A stretch of DNA of 64,000 bases from an uncultured cyanobacterium (GTDB lineage Bacteria; Cyanobacteriota; Cyanobacteriia; PCC-9006; JAAUQQ01). The stretch covers positions 192,001 through 256,000 of the forward strand of contig OY970368.1 of the NCBI GenBank assembly GCA_963718615.1, read 5' to 3'. The notes below the pieces were generated by a model. The model made no database searches, was not told the DNA's origin, and saw only the letters and a program-made list of their open reading frames with translations. Positions 20,122 through 30,202 of the stretch are shown one piece after another (within the stretch, counting starts at the first letter, position 1; each line of letters opens with the position of its first letter). The translations under genes and the position numbers were made by a program.

Positions 20122-20140
20122 CTACGACGATTCGTCGTAG
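20122..20140. promoter_or_regulatory. 19-bp palindrome upstream of hicA, candidate operator
   Basis: CTACGACGA-T-TCGTCGTAG. Confidence 0.35.
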
Positions 20141-20281
20141 AGTTTTACCGCTGCGCGTTGGACAGAACAAACAGTCCATGCCCGAAAAATTGTCCGTTGT
20201 CTAGCTATCGACTAGCATAAAGACAGATGAGTTTACAAAACTACATCTCATAACCTATCTACCTACCCCACCAGAATCGCC

Positions 20282-20470
20282 ATGTCATCAGAACAAGCCA
20301 TTCGCGAGAAAGTTGCCCTCATCCAGGAAAAACGGGCCATTCTCGTCAAACTCCTCGACCAACCCAACCTCGGCACCCTCCGGATTGACGTTAATCAAGC
20401 GATCGAAGAAGTCGATGACCTGATTGATGAATTTCAGCAAACCTTCCCCGACCAACCCTCCATTTCCTAG
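20282..20470 (+). CDS. Small hypothetical protein
   Basis: 62-aa helical ORF with LGTLRIDVNQA motif, which I recall from small cyanobacterial proteins. Confidence 0.7.
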   Translation: MSSEQAIREKVALIQEKRAILVKLLDQPNLGTLRIDVNQAIEEVDDLIDEFQQTFPDQPSIS

Positions 20471-20486
20471 ACCTCAAAACTAAGCT

Positions 20487-21578
20487 ATGGGCTGTGATTC
20501 CCCGCTCGACCTGGAATTTTTGCGCACCGAGATTCTCCCCCAGGCAGCGCAGCTCGATCGCGATCCCCTCGCCTTGGTTCAGGCGCTGCAATCCCTCGGG
20601 CGGCGATCGCTCCTCACCCTACGAATCGATCCTCAGTGGGGAGGACAAGGGCTAGGCGTTCAGGATTACTGGCAATTTCAGCGGGCGATCGCCCGAGCCT
20701 CGGGAGCCCTAGCTTTTTTGCAAATCCAGCACCAAAGCGCCGCCCAATTGATCGCCCAGGGACAAAACGACGCCCTCAAACAGCAATTTCTGCGACCCAT
20801 GGCCAGGGGGGAATCCCGGATTGGCGTGGGCTTTTCCCAATTGCGACGAGCGGGAGCACCGCTGCTACGGGCTGAGCCGGAGAATTCTGGGTATCGCCTC
20901 AACGGTACAATTCCCTGGGCCACGGGCTGGCAATGCTTTGAGCAGATTGTCGCCGGTGCAGCGCTCCCGGATGGGCAAGCGTTGCTCTGCCTAGTCCCCT
21001 TTGATTCGGTGCAGGCCAATCAGGGACAGATTCGTTGCTCCGCTCCCATGGTGTTGGTGGCCATGGCCAATACTCAAACCGTGGCATTAACCCTGGAGAA
21101 CTGGTGGGTCACTGGGGAGCAGGTGATTGACCACAAGCCTCCCCACTGGTTGCAGCAAGCCGATCGCAAAAATGTGCTGAGCGCGACAGCCTTTCCACTC
21201 GGCGCAGCCCGTGCGGCTCTGGACTTAATGGAAACGCTGATTGCAAAACGGGGGGTGGACGAACTTCAGGCGGATTGGCAGCGGCTAGACCAAGCGGAGC
21301 AAAATTGTTGCCGACGCATCTTGATTGCCCTAAACGATGACCCCAATGATCATCATGATCATTCCTTGAGCTTTGAGGAAAAAGTAGCCTTGCGGGGGGA
21401 GGCGATCGCCCTAGCGGGCCGGTGTGCCCAGGGGGCGATCGCGATCGCCAGCGGTGCCGCCAATGGCATCGATCATCCGGCCCAGCGGATCTATCGAGAG
21501 GTGCTCATGTTCACCGTCATGGGGCAAACGGAAGCCGCGATGGCCGCGACCGTTACGGCATTAGCGCAAGGCTATTAG
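20487..21578 (+). CDS. Acyl-CoA dehydrogenase family protein
   Basis: WGGQG, SGALAFLQ.QH, LNG.IPW.TG, HPAQRIYRE. Confidence 0.85.
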   Translation: MGCDSPLDLEFLRTEILPQAAQLDRDPLALVQALQSLGRRSLLTLRIDPQWGGQGLGVQDYWQFQRAIARASGALAFLQIQHQSAAQLIAQGQNDALKQQFLRPMARGESRIGVGFSQLRRAGAPLLRAEPENSGYRLNGTIPWATGWQCFEQIVAGAALPDGQALLCLVPFDSVQANQGQIRCSAPMVLVAMANTQTVALTLENWWVTGEQVIDHKPPHWLQQADRKNVLSATAFPLGAARAALDLMETLIAKRGVDELQADWQRLDQAEQNCCRRILIALNDDPNDHHDHSLSFEEKVALRGEAIALAGRCAQGAIAIASGAANGIDHPAQRIYREVLMFTVMGQTEAAMAATVTALAQGY

Positions 21579-21587
21579 CGCAAGGCC

Positions 21588-23222
21588 CTATTCCCACTCA
21601 ATCGTGCCAGGGGGCTTCGACGTAATGTCATACACTACCCGATTGACCCCATCCACCTCATTCACAATTCGGTTGGCAATAATCTCCAGAAAGTCGTAGG
21701 GAACCCGCGCCCAGTCTGCCGTCATGCCATCTTCACTACTCACCATCCGCAACACAATCGGATAGGCATAGGTTCGCTGGTCGCCCATGACGCCCACACT
21801 CCGAACCGGCAGTAATACCGCAAAGGCCTGCCAGAGATCGTTGTAGAGCCCATGGCGATTGACTTCCTGCCGGACAATTAAGTCCGCATCCCTGAGAATA
21901 TTGAGTTTCTCGGCGGTGACTTCCCCTAGGATTCGAATGGCCAGACCGGGGCCGGGGAAGGGCTGACGGTTGACAATTTCATCCGGGAGACCGAGGGAGC
22001 GTCCCACCTTGCGCACTTCATCCTTAAACAACTTCCGCAGCGGCTCCACCAGCTTGAACTGCAAATCCTTGGGTAAACCGCCTACGTTGTGATGGCTTTT
22101 AATTTTCACCGCCACCCGTTCGCCGGTTTTGGGGTCCACATTGGTATCCGCCGATTCAATCACATCGGGATAGAGCGTGCCCTGGGCCAGGTAGTCAAAG
22201 GGACCCAATTCCCTAGATTTTTCTTCGAATACACGGATGAACTCGTGGCCAATGCGCTTGCGCTTTTCTTCGGGATCCGTAATGCCTTTGACCTGTTCGA
22301 GGAAGCGATCGCGCGCTTGCACATGCACCACATGGATATGAAACTGTTCTTCAAAGAGCTTCACCAAGCGCTCCGGCTCCCCCTTTCGCATGAAGCCCTG
22401 GTCAATAAACATACAGGTGAGCTGGTCACCAATGGCCCGGTGGAGCAAAAAGGCCAGTGTCGAAGAATCTACCCCGCCAGACAATGCCAGCAACACCCGC
22501 TTATCGCCAACCTTGGCCTTGACTTCGCGAATGGCCTCTTCCACAAAAACTTCCGTCGTCCAGGTGGGTTCGCATTCGCAGATGTGATAGACAAAGTTGC
22601 GAATCAGCGCCATGCCGCCGATGGAATGGACAACCTCTGGGTGGAACTGGACGCCGTACATGCGTTTTTCGTGGTGGGCGATCGCCGCACAGGGCGTATT
22701 CTCCGTGTGGGCCATGACCTCAAAGCCATCTGGCATCTGCGTAACCGAATCCCCATGACTCATCCACATGGTGGACCCCTGTTCCACATTGGTCAGCAAA
22801 TCCGTGGGGTCATCGATCTGAAGCGATGCTTTGCCATATTCTGCTCGATTGGCTGCCTCGACACTGCCACCGAGTTGCTGTACCATCAACTGCATACCAT
22901 AGCAAACCCCTAAAACAGGAATGCCCAAATCCCAGATTTTTGGATCGCAATGGGGAGCACCTTCAACGTAGACGGAATTGGGTCCGCCGGAAAGGATAAT
23001 GCCCTTAGGATTGAGTTGCTGAATCTGTTCAGCAGGCGTTCGATAGGACAGCACTTCAGAATAGACTTCAGTCTCTCGAATGCGACGGGCAATCAGTTCA
23101 GAATACTGAGAACCGAAATCTAAAATGACAATCATTTGTCGATTAATAGCAGCTTGTAGATCCGGATCGAGGTCTACATTAGCGACGGTAGATGTTGACA
23201 AGGTTTGGGAAGATGAAACCAC
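21588..23222 (-). CDS. guaA: GMP synthase (glutamine-hydrolysing)
   Basis: [42 protein letters not shown]. Confidence 0.98.
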   Translation of the reverse strand: MVSSSQTLSTSTVANVDLDPDLQAAINRQMIVILDFGSQYSELIARRIRETEVYSEVLSYRTPAEQIQQLNPKGIILSGGPNSVYVEGAPHCDPKIWDLGIPVLGVCYGMQLMVQQLGGSVEAANRAEYGKASLQIDDPTDLLTNVEQGSTMWMSHGDSVTQMPDGFEVMAHTENTPCAAIAHHEKRMYGVQFHPEVVHSIGGMALIRNFVYHICECEPTWTTEVFVEEAIREVKAKVGDKRVLLALSGGVDSSTLAFLLHRAIGDQLTCMFIDQGFMRKGEPERLVKLFEEQFHIHVVHVQARDRFLEQVKGITDPEEKRKRIGHEFIRVFEEKSRELGPFDYLAQGTLYPDVIESADTNVDPKTGERVAVKIKSHHNVGGLPKDLQFKLVEPLRKLFKDEVRKVGRSLGLPDEIVNRQPFPGPGLAIRILGEVTAEKLNILRDADLIVRQEVNRHGLYNDLWQAFAVLLPVRSVGVMGDQRTYAYPIVLRMVSSEDGMTADWARVPYDFLEIIANRIVNEVDGVNRVVYDITSKPPGTIEWE

Positions 23223-23584
23223 TGCGGTTACCCTGGTAGCGTGAATGATAATGATGGGAGATGTATGAAAAACAAAAACCAGGCTTCGCAGAAGCGCTGA
23301 CTGCGAAGAGAAGGAACTAGACCCCTAAGCGAACCCTAAACGGAAATCAAAAAGGATTTTGAAAAATAGAATTACAGAGACAGAATTACAGAAATGGGGG
23401 GCTTGAGTAAAGCCAAAGCGATGACAAATTCCAGCGTGAGTCGCTGGATGTGAATGGCCTACTGTGAATGGCCCAGTGTGAGTCACTGGATTTGAAACGT
23501 TAAGTTAAATCAATATTCAGAATAATCTAGCATATGACGATCGCAATTGAGCGCGATCGCCAGCTTTCTGGAGATTTCGTCACC

Positions 23585-24718
23585 TTAGATTATTTTTCTT
23601 CTCAGATTGACAGCATTTTGGCTCGTCACAATAATTTGACGGTGGCGATCGAAGAGGATCGAGCCGACTTGGGTGGGAGGATGGCCGGTATCGCCGCAGT
23701 GGGTGTGGATGTAGGTGGTGGCACGCTGGTCGATGCGCTGGGCGATGGTGGTGTAGAGGGTTGGGGGGTTGGGGAGTTGGGCTGGGGGATCTTGTGATCG
23801 CAATAGATCTAGGCCAGCTTCGATGGTGGGGCTTTCGTAGAGCTTTTGTAGAAGGGGGGTGGGGAGGCCTTGGTGGGCGGCGATCGCGGTCAAGATTTCC
23901 TGGCGTCCATCGGCGATGTGGTGGTGGGTGTGAAAAATCCCGCCTGCCAGTTTGATCAGTTTGCCGTGGTAACCCAGGAGAATGATCCCCTCAACCCCCT
24001 GCATTCCGGCTTCGACCAGCAGAGGACCGAGCCAGTTGGCGGTTTTGACGAGGCGATCGGGCGGAAATCCGAGGCTGGGGGCGAGGGCGAGGCCGTTTTC
24101 GCCAATGCAGAAGACCAGGTGTTTGTATTCCTGGGCCTTAACCCGGAGTTGGTCGCGGAAGGTTTCGAGCTGGTCCGGGGCGCTGAGGGGGTGAGAGATG
24201 CCGCTGGTACCGAGGAGCGAGAGTCCTTCGACAACGCCAAAGGCTGCGTTGGAGGTCCGCTCGGCGAGGGCGCGGCCTTCGGGCAGAATAATTGTCACCC
24301 GTAGGGTTTGGTGGGCTGGACGATATTTTTCCAGGTTTGTCAGCAGCAGTTGACGGGCATAGGCGTAAATTGCCTCGGGACCGGCCCCCGCATCCCGTTT
24401 GCCGATGCCTTCGCCCCCTTGGATAGTGATTGGAATAGTCATTGCCTCGGTCTGACCGACAGGATCAAGCTCAACCTTGGCCCAAACCGGGGTATCACGG
24501 GTTAAATCCAGATTATCGCCGGGATCGCTGCGGCAAATGGCGAGGGCGCTGGTGGCGGAGAGGGGCGCGGCTTGGTCGATGGCGATCGCCACGGTTTCAG
24601 CGGGCTCGATCAGATCTACCTCTACTTGAGTCGGAGGTTGGGAGTCGAGTAGGGTGCGCAGGGCGGCGATCGCCGCAGCGCAGGCGAAGACGGGAAGGGT
24701 GTAGCCGGAGCGGGGCAT
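23585..24718 (-). CDS. cbiD: Cobalt-precorrin-5B (C1)-methyltransferase
   Basis: SGYTLPVFACAA, DPGDNLDLT, GLSLLGTSG, GYHGKLIKLAGGIFHTH. Confidence 0.95.
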   Translation of the reverse strand: MPRSGYTLPVFACAAAIAALRTLLDSQPPTQVEVDLIEPAETVAIAIDQAAPLSATSALAICRSDPGDNLDLTRDTPVWAKVELDPVGQTEAMTIPITIQGGEGIGKRDAGAGPEAIYAYARQLLLTNLEKYRPAHQTLRVTIILPEGRALAERTSNAAFGVVEGLSLLGTSGISHPLSAPDQLETFRDQLRVKAQEYKHLVFCIGENGLALAPSLGFPPDRLVKTANWLGPLLVEAGMQGVEGIILLGYHGKLIKLAGGIFHTHHHIADGRQEILTAIAAHQGLPTPLLQKLYESPTIEAGLDLLRSQDPPAQLPNPPTLYTTIAQRIDQRATTYIHTHCGDTGHPPTQVGSILFDRHRQIIVTSQNAVNLRRKII

Positions 24719-24766
24719 GGGGGTGATGGGGTGATGGGGTGATGGGTGATGGGGTGATGGGTGATG
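24719..24766. repeat. Short tandem repeat (GGG[G]TGAT)n immediately upstream of cbiD
   Basis: Six GTGATG-containing 7-8 bp units. Confidence 0.8.
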
Positions 24767-24943
24767 AATAGATTAAAAGGCCGTTAATTTTTTGGGGATG
24801 GGCTATTTCAATCGTGGCGGAAAATCGTACCCTAGAAAACCTAAGCGATGCTCACTGGCGATGCTCGCCCATCGTCATCGATCATCGCCATCGTCAACGC
24901 TTTAGAAACCCTCAGACCGCTCACGCGCAGGAAGTGAAGACCC

Positions 24944-26107
24944 ATGGACGACAAACTGATGCTAATGATTCCGGGGCCTACTCCGGTACCGGAGCGGGTG
25001 CTCCAAGCCATGGGCAAGCACACCATTGGTCACCGGACGGCGGCGTTTAGCGCGATCGCCAAGGAGGTCACCGCTGGGCTCAAGTGGCTACACCAAACCG
25101 AAAGCGATGTGTTAGTCGTGGCGGCTAGCGGCACCGGGGCCATGGAAGCCGGGATTATTAATTTTTTGAGTGCGGGCGATCGCGTCATTGCTGCTGATAA
25201 TGGCAAATTTGGCGAACGCTGGGTGAAGCTCAGCCGCGCCTTTGGTCTCGATGTGGATGAAGTCAAGGAAGACTGGGGCAAGCCCTTGGATCCGGAGGTG
25301 ATTCGCCAAAAGCTAGAAGCGGACACCGACAAGCAAATTAAGGCGGTGATCATCACCCACAGCGAAACCTCCACCGGGGTGATCAACGACCTGGAAACCA
25401 TCAGCCGCCATGTGAAGGCCCATGGTGCCCTGATGATTGCCGATGCCGTGACCAGTCTCGGCGCGGCCAATGTGCCGGTGGATGCTTGGGGGCTGGATGT
25501 GGTTTGTTCCGGGTCCCAGAAGGGCTATATGATGCCGCCGGGGCTGGGCTTCGTCGCTGTCAGCCCAAAAGCCTGGAAAGCCTACGAAACCGCAACCCTG
25601 CCCAAGTTTTACTTTGACCTCGGTCCCTACCGCAAAAATGCCGCGAAGGATTTGACCCCGTTTACACCTCCGGTGAATCTTTACTTTGCGCTCCAGGCGG
25701 CGCTGGAGATGATGCAGAAAGAAGGGCTGGACAGCATTTTCGCTCGCCATGCAAGGCTCCAGCGGGCCACCCGTGCGGCGATGCAGGCGATCGGTCTGCC
25801 CCTCTATGCGCTGGATGGGTCAGCTAGCCCAGCGGTAACTGCAGTTTTGGGTACGGATCAAGTGGATGTGGAAAAACTCCGCAAGACCGTGCAGCAGCGG
25901 TTCGATATTTCCCTCGCAGGCGGACAAGACGACCTCAAGGGCAAGATCTTCCGGGTGGGTCATTTGGGGTTTGTGAGCGATCGCGATATTCTCACCGCAG
26001 TAGCCGCGATCGAAGCCGTTGCCCATGAGCTTGGCCATGAGGGCAGCTCTCCCGGCGCAGGTGTCGCCGCCGCCGCCCAAGCCTTGTCTGCGTCGGCTTC
26101 TGCGTAA
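24944..26107 (+). CDS. Class V PLP aminotransferase (alanine-glyoxylate / 'soluble hydrogenase 42 kDa subunit' family)
   Basis: LMIPGPTP, SGTGAMEA, THSETSTG, DAVTS, GSQKG (PLP Lys), FRVGHLG. Confidence 0.93.
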   Translation: MDDKLMLMIPGPTPVPERVLQAMGKHTIGHRTAAFSAIAKEVTAGLKWLHQTESDVLVVAASGTGAMEAGIINFLSAGDRVIAADNGKFGERWVKLSRAFGLDVDEVKEDWGKPLDPEVIRQKLEADTDKQIKAVIITHSETSTGVINDLETISRHVKAHGALMIADAVTSLGAANVPVDAWGLDVVCSGSQKGYMMPPGLGFVAVSPKAWKAYETATLPKFYFDLGPYRKNAAKDLTPFTPPVNLYFALQAALEMMQKEGLDSIFARHARLQRATRAAMQAIGLPLYALDGSASPAVTAVLGTDQVDVEKLRKTVQQRFDISLAGGQDDLKGKIFRVGHLGFVSDRDILTAVAAIEAVAHELGHEGSSPGAGVAAAAQALSASASA

Positions 26108-26137
26108 CTTTCTGCGTCGGCTTATCAAGGTGAGTAA

Positions 26138-26172
26138 GGGCGAACCAAAGTTCGCCCGACTTTGGTTCGTCC
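26138..26172. repeat. REP-like palindrome with an alternative longer stem
   Basis: GGGCGAAC-CAAA-GTTCGCCC, overlapping CGAACCAAAGT/ACTTTGGTTCG arms. Confidence 0.55.
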
Positions 26173-26196
26173 AATTCTGACAAAGCGCACCCCGTT

Positions 26197-27624
26197 ATGG
26201 TTGATCCCGATGCGTTGTATCCTGGACAATCAGCCAAGGGCTTGGCTAGCTTAGAAGCATTTAGCGCTATCAGAATTGGCGAAATGCAGCATCCCGTTTC
26301 CCCTTCTAGCCCAGAAGCAGAACGCTCACACCGTCTCAAGGCAGAGGTTTTGGCATTTGTTCAGGCTCACAAAGAGATGCTGCGGCCCCAATTTCAGGCC
26401 CTCGATTGGACAGCAGTAGAGACCGCAGAGAGGTTTCATCAGGCGATCGCCACTCGTCTTCAAGTCACTCCCGACCCTGAGCCAATTCTCCATTGGATTG
26501 GCAATACGCTGCTTCAGCGTCTCTTCACGCCAGAATTTCTAGAGCAACCCCCAAAGCAGAGCTTTGATGCCCATCTCAAGGCATCGCTGCTTGCACCTCC
26601 TGTGCCAACGGAGGGTATTGCAGTATTGCTGCTCGATGCCGAAAATTTACAGCTCGACCCGAAAGAAGAACACTTTTTGCAAACCCACTGTCCTTTTCCG
26701 ATTCAGGTCAAAATTGCCTTCGCCGATTGGCGATCGCTCGGCAAACGCGATCAAGAGCTCCATGCCAGAAGCTACGATCTGATTCACGTGCCAGGGGGAA
26801 AAGACCATGCAGATGGGAAAATGATTGCGATGGGATCGTCGATCCATGAACGTTATCCCCAAACTCAAGCGGTTTTGGTCTGTTCCTCCGATTCCATCAT
26901 GACTAGCTTGCATAATCAACTCAGGCAAAATGAAATTGAGGTCTATCAGGTTGTGCGGTCGAGTAAAGGTCTGACCTTGGTGATTGGGAACAATGGTCAT
27001 CGCCAAGAGAAGGTTTTACCCGCAGTCCCTGAACTGAAATTGAAGGATGCGATCGCCAGTCTCGAAAATCTGATTGATCAAGATTGTGAAAAATCTGGGA
27101 TGCCCATTGCCCGCCTGAGTGCGATCGCCCTGAGTTTTCGTCATCAGCATCAGCTCACCCTCAAGGATGTAGCCAGCCGTCATCAACTGGGTAAGCAGGC
27201 CCTATCGGTGTTTGAGGCTTATCCCGATCGGTTTAGTCTGCATCAATTGGGTCAGCCACTGGAATGGTTTGTCTCCCGAATGTCTGTGGAAACTATCCCA
27301 GCCAAGTTGTCCCCCCAGGCTCAACCTACTTCGCAGTCTGCCCAATCAAAAGCTTCTGGAAAAGCAACCACTTCTCTGCTGCGATCGACGACAGAATTGA
27401 CAAACGTTCTTATTGTATTGATGAAGCAAAACACAACTGAAGCTCAACCGGAATTAGAGTTACCCCTGCTTGCCCAAAAATTTTATCAATCCCAGGGAGA
27501 AGCCATTACCAGCGCACTCAAGCGTCTGAAAGTGAGTAAAAAGTTCGTGACTTTTTTGTCTGCATGCTCGGAATTTAAGGTTCGTCAGGAGCAAAAACGC
27601 TACTGGATCTCGTTCCGCGCCTAG
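26197..27624 (+). CDS. NYN (PIN-like) domain protein with probable C-terminal OST-HTH/LOTUS-like domains
   Basis: LLLDAEN, GKDHADGKM, VCSSD acidic NYN motifs; two C-terminal helical/wing repeats. Confidence 0.78.
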   Translation: MVDPDALYPGQSAKGLASLEAFSAIRIGEMQHPVSPSSPEAERSHRLKAEVLAFVQAHKEMLRPQFQALDWTAVETAERFHQAIATRLQVTPDPEPILHWIGNTLLQRLFTPEFLEQPPKQSFDAHLKASLLAPPVPTEGIAVLLLDAENLQLDPKEEHFLQTHCPFPIQVKIAFADWRSLGKRDQELHARSYDLIHVPGGKDHADGKMIAMGSSIHERYPQTQAVLVCSSDSIMTSLHNQLRQNEIEVYQVVRSSKGLTLVIGNNGHRQEKVLPAVPELKLKDAIASLENLIDQDCEKSGMPIARLSAIALSFRHQHQLTLKDVASRHQLGKQALSVFEAYPDRFSLHQLGQPLEWFVSRMSVETIPAKLSPQAQPTSQSAQSKASGKATTSLLRSTTELTNVLIVLMKQNTTEAQPELELPLLAQKFYQSQGEAITSALKRLKVSKKFVTFLSACSEFKVRQEQKRYWISFRA

Positions 27625-27805
27625 GCCAATACTCCGAGATGTAGATACACGAGTATAATCCTATAAAAAAACTGAACCAAGGCTAGCCCACATCCTCTTA
27701 CCCCATCACCATTGGCAAAGCCCATCAAAAAGATAACAGTCAGATGAATATTGTGAAAGTTATCGAGACTTGTTCACGGAAGTGAGAAGCGTTGAGGTGT
27801 TCAAT

Positions 27806-29095
27806 CTAACCTACGGGTAATTTGATAGTGAATGTTGTTCCCATATCGATCTCACTAGTCACTTCAATGTTGCCGTGGAGTAGGTCTACAAACTGTTTAA
27901 CAATACTTAATCCGAGACCTGTTCCAGGAATATTGCTCACGTTACGGCCACGATGAAAGGGCTCAAAGAGCTGGGATTTATCTTCGGGAAGAATGCCGAT
28001 GCCATTGTCTTGAATCTGGAAAATGAGCTGTTTTTGACGCTGAGCTAGCTTAAGGTAGATGGCCTGATCGACAGGCGTGTAGCGGATAGCATTAGAAAGT
28101 AAATTGCTGAGAATTGAGCGTAAAAGCTGCGAATCAAGTTTGGCCATTAGCTGAGGTACACGGCAAAAAAACTGAATAGGGTTCTGGATACGACGATAAT
28201 CTTGCTCATTCAACAGCGCTTGGCTAAATTGAACGATATCTAAGAGTTCTGGCTGCACTTCTAACACCTTGGCCTCAATTTTACCAATAACCAAAATGTC
28301 GTCGATCATCTGGGTCATGCGATCAACATTGGTTTTAACATCCAGCAGATATTCAGTTTTTTGTTCGGAGGAGAGTTGCTCCTGATAACGCTGAAGTGAC
28401 GATACCAGCAGGCTAATATTATTAAGCGGGTTACGGAATTCGTGGCAGACCATGGAGACAAAGCGCGATCGCATCTCGCTCAATTCCCGCAGTTGCTGAT
28501 TGGCCTCTCGCAATTTGACAGTACGCGCCTGCACCTTTAACTCCAGCTCCTCGTTTGTACGTTGCAGCACCGTTTCGGCCCAGCGCCGCTGGGTAATATC
28601 GCGAAACGTGACCACTGCTCCCACGAGCGCTCCATCCTCATTATGCATCGGTGTGCTGATGTATTCCACAGGGAAGCTTGTGCCATCCTTACGCCAAAAC
28701 ACCTCATCAGTCACCCGACGCACGCTACCGTCCTGAAAGGCAGCGTAGATCGGACAGTCTTCCCTCGGGTAGTGATCGCCATCTGGGTGAGAGTGGTGCA
28801 GCACACAGTGCATCGATTTACCGATTAGCTCCTCCATAGGCCAGTCGATCATCGCCGCCGCCGCCGGATTAACGAAGGTGACATGTCCGTCTAAATCGAG
28901 ACCATACACCCCCTCTCCAACCGCATTCAGAATGAGCTGATACTGCTGCCTCAACTGCTCTAATTCGCCCCCATCGGACCGAGTTTTCATCGGATTCTGC
29001 TTTTGCTCTGAACAAGATTTTTGTAGAGAAGTTCTGCTTTGCATTTCCAACACTTTGGGTTCAAATGGGAAGAAATGTATTGCACTACACTGCAT
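27806..29095 (-). CDS. Soluble PAS-domain sensor histidine kinase (true start may be further downstream)
   Basis: PAS (FVNPAA, WRKDGTSFPVE), H-box CHEFRNPL, NLLSNAIRY, DNGIGI, GTGLGL. Confidence 0.93.
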   Translation of the reverse strand: MQCSAIHFFPFEPKVLEMQSRTSLQKSCSEQKQNPMKTRSDGGELEQLRQQYQLILNAVGEGVYGLDLDGHVTFVNPAAAAMIDWPMEELIGKSMHCVLHHSHPDGDHYPREDCPIYAAFQDGSVRRVTDEVFWRKDGTSFPVEYISTPMHNEDGALVGAVVTFRDITQRRWAETVLQRTNEELELKVQARTVKLREANQQLRELSEMRSRFVSMVCHEFRNPLNNISLLVSSLQRYQEQLSSEQKTEYLLDVKTNVDRMTQMIDDILVIGKIEAKVLEVQPELLDIVQFSQALLNEQDYRRIQNPIQFFCRVPQLMAKLDSQLLRSILSNLLSNAIRYTPVDQAIYLKLAQRQKQLIFQIQDNGIGILPEDKSQLFEPFHRGRNVSNIPGTGLGLSIVKQFVDLLHGNIEVTSEIDMGTTFTIKLPVG

Positions 29096-29317
29096 GACTT
29101 CACTTTACAGTTTACGACAAAGGAAAGAGATAGGGAAGACGCATCGGGTTTTACATCTGGCTCCGCAATCTAACATTGGCCCCGCAATCCATTATTGGAT
29201 TTGTAGTCTAGCTTTGAGAGAATGGCTTTGATCAGCCATTTTGACCCCCTTCCAGCTCGCGATCCTCTTGCACAATAGATCCTTTTGCACAATAATCCTT
29301 TAGCCTAGGGAGAGCTG

Positions 29318-30172
29318 ATGAAGACCGTTCTAATCATCGAGGATGAGGTTCAAACACGCAACATTTTTTTGAGATGTTTGGAGTTTGAGGGCTTTCACGC
29401 GGTTGGTACAGGCGATGGCATCACTGGCATAGCTTTGGCTCAGAAGCATCAGCCTGACCTCGTGGTTTGCGATATTATGATGCCGGATATTGATGGTTAT
29501 TCAGTACTTTTAGGGCTCAGACAGCGACAGGAAACAGCTTCAATTCCATTTGTCTTTTTGACGGCGAAGGTGACGATGAGCGACCTACGCCGAGGAATGG
29601 AGCTAGGCGCAGACGACTATTTAACGAAGCCTTGCAGTATTGAGCAGTTTTTGGCGGCGATCGCCACCCGCCTCCAGCGCCAAGAAAAACTTGAAAGGAT
29701 CTATTCCCAAAAGTTTGCACGGCAGAGGTTTCAAACAAATACTAGGCCTGAAACCGATTCAAGCTTAGAACCAGCAAGTTCTTCAGCGCCATTAATATCA
29801 GAACTGCCAGTCTTAAATCAGACCCATTCCACCGATATTTTTCCTGACTGCCCCCCCCTCAATGCTGTTTTCGATCTGATCGAGTCTCGCTATTGCCAAT
29901 CGCTCCATCTTAATGAAATTGCCCAGATTGTTGGCTATTCTCCCGCCTACCTCACGACGCTCATGCAGGAGCAGACGGGGCATACAGTGAAACGCTGGAT
30001 TATTGAGCGGCGCATGGCCCAGGCCAGACTTCTTTTATTGGAAACCCAGCAAAGTATCAAACAAATCGCAGAGGCAACGGGCTATACGGATGCAGGCTAT
30101 TTTTCGCGCCAGTTTCGCAAACTTCACGGCACATCTCCCCATCTTTGGCGACAGGAATCTGTATCAGAATAA
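29318..30172 (+). CDS. Response regulator with receiver and AraC-type HTH domains
   Basis: IIEDE, CDIMMP, DYLTKP; SPAYL, GY.DAGYFSRQFRK.HG.SP. Confidence 0.93.
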   Translation: MKTVLIIEDEVQTRNIFLRCLEFEGFHAVGTGDGITGIALAQKHQPDLVVCDIMMPDIDGYSVLLGLRQRQETASIPFVFLTAKVTMSDLRRGMELGADDYLTKPCSIEQFLAAIATRLQRQEKLERIYSQKFARQRFQTNTRPETDSSLEPASSSAPLISELPVLNQTHSTDIFPDCPPLNAVFDLIESRYCQSLHLNEIAQIVGYSPAYLTTLMQEQTGHTVKRWIIERRMAQARLLLLETQQSIKQIAEATGYTDAGYFSRQFRKLHGTSPHLWRQESVSE

Positions 30173-30202
30173 ACAGATTAGAGTTTGTTTCTGACTTAAT
30201 TT
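30160..30202 (+). promoter_or_regulatory. Putative NtcA-activated promoter for the cyn operon
   Basis: TGTA-TCAGAATA-AACA (one mismatch to GTA-N8-TAC), followed after exactly 22 nt by TAATTT (TAN3T). Confidence 0.5.

Noticed and set aside
24719-24766. Possible CRISPR or iteron array
   Set aside because: Units are 7-8 bp with no spacers, and there are no cas or rep genes.
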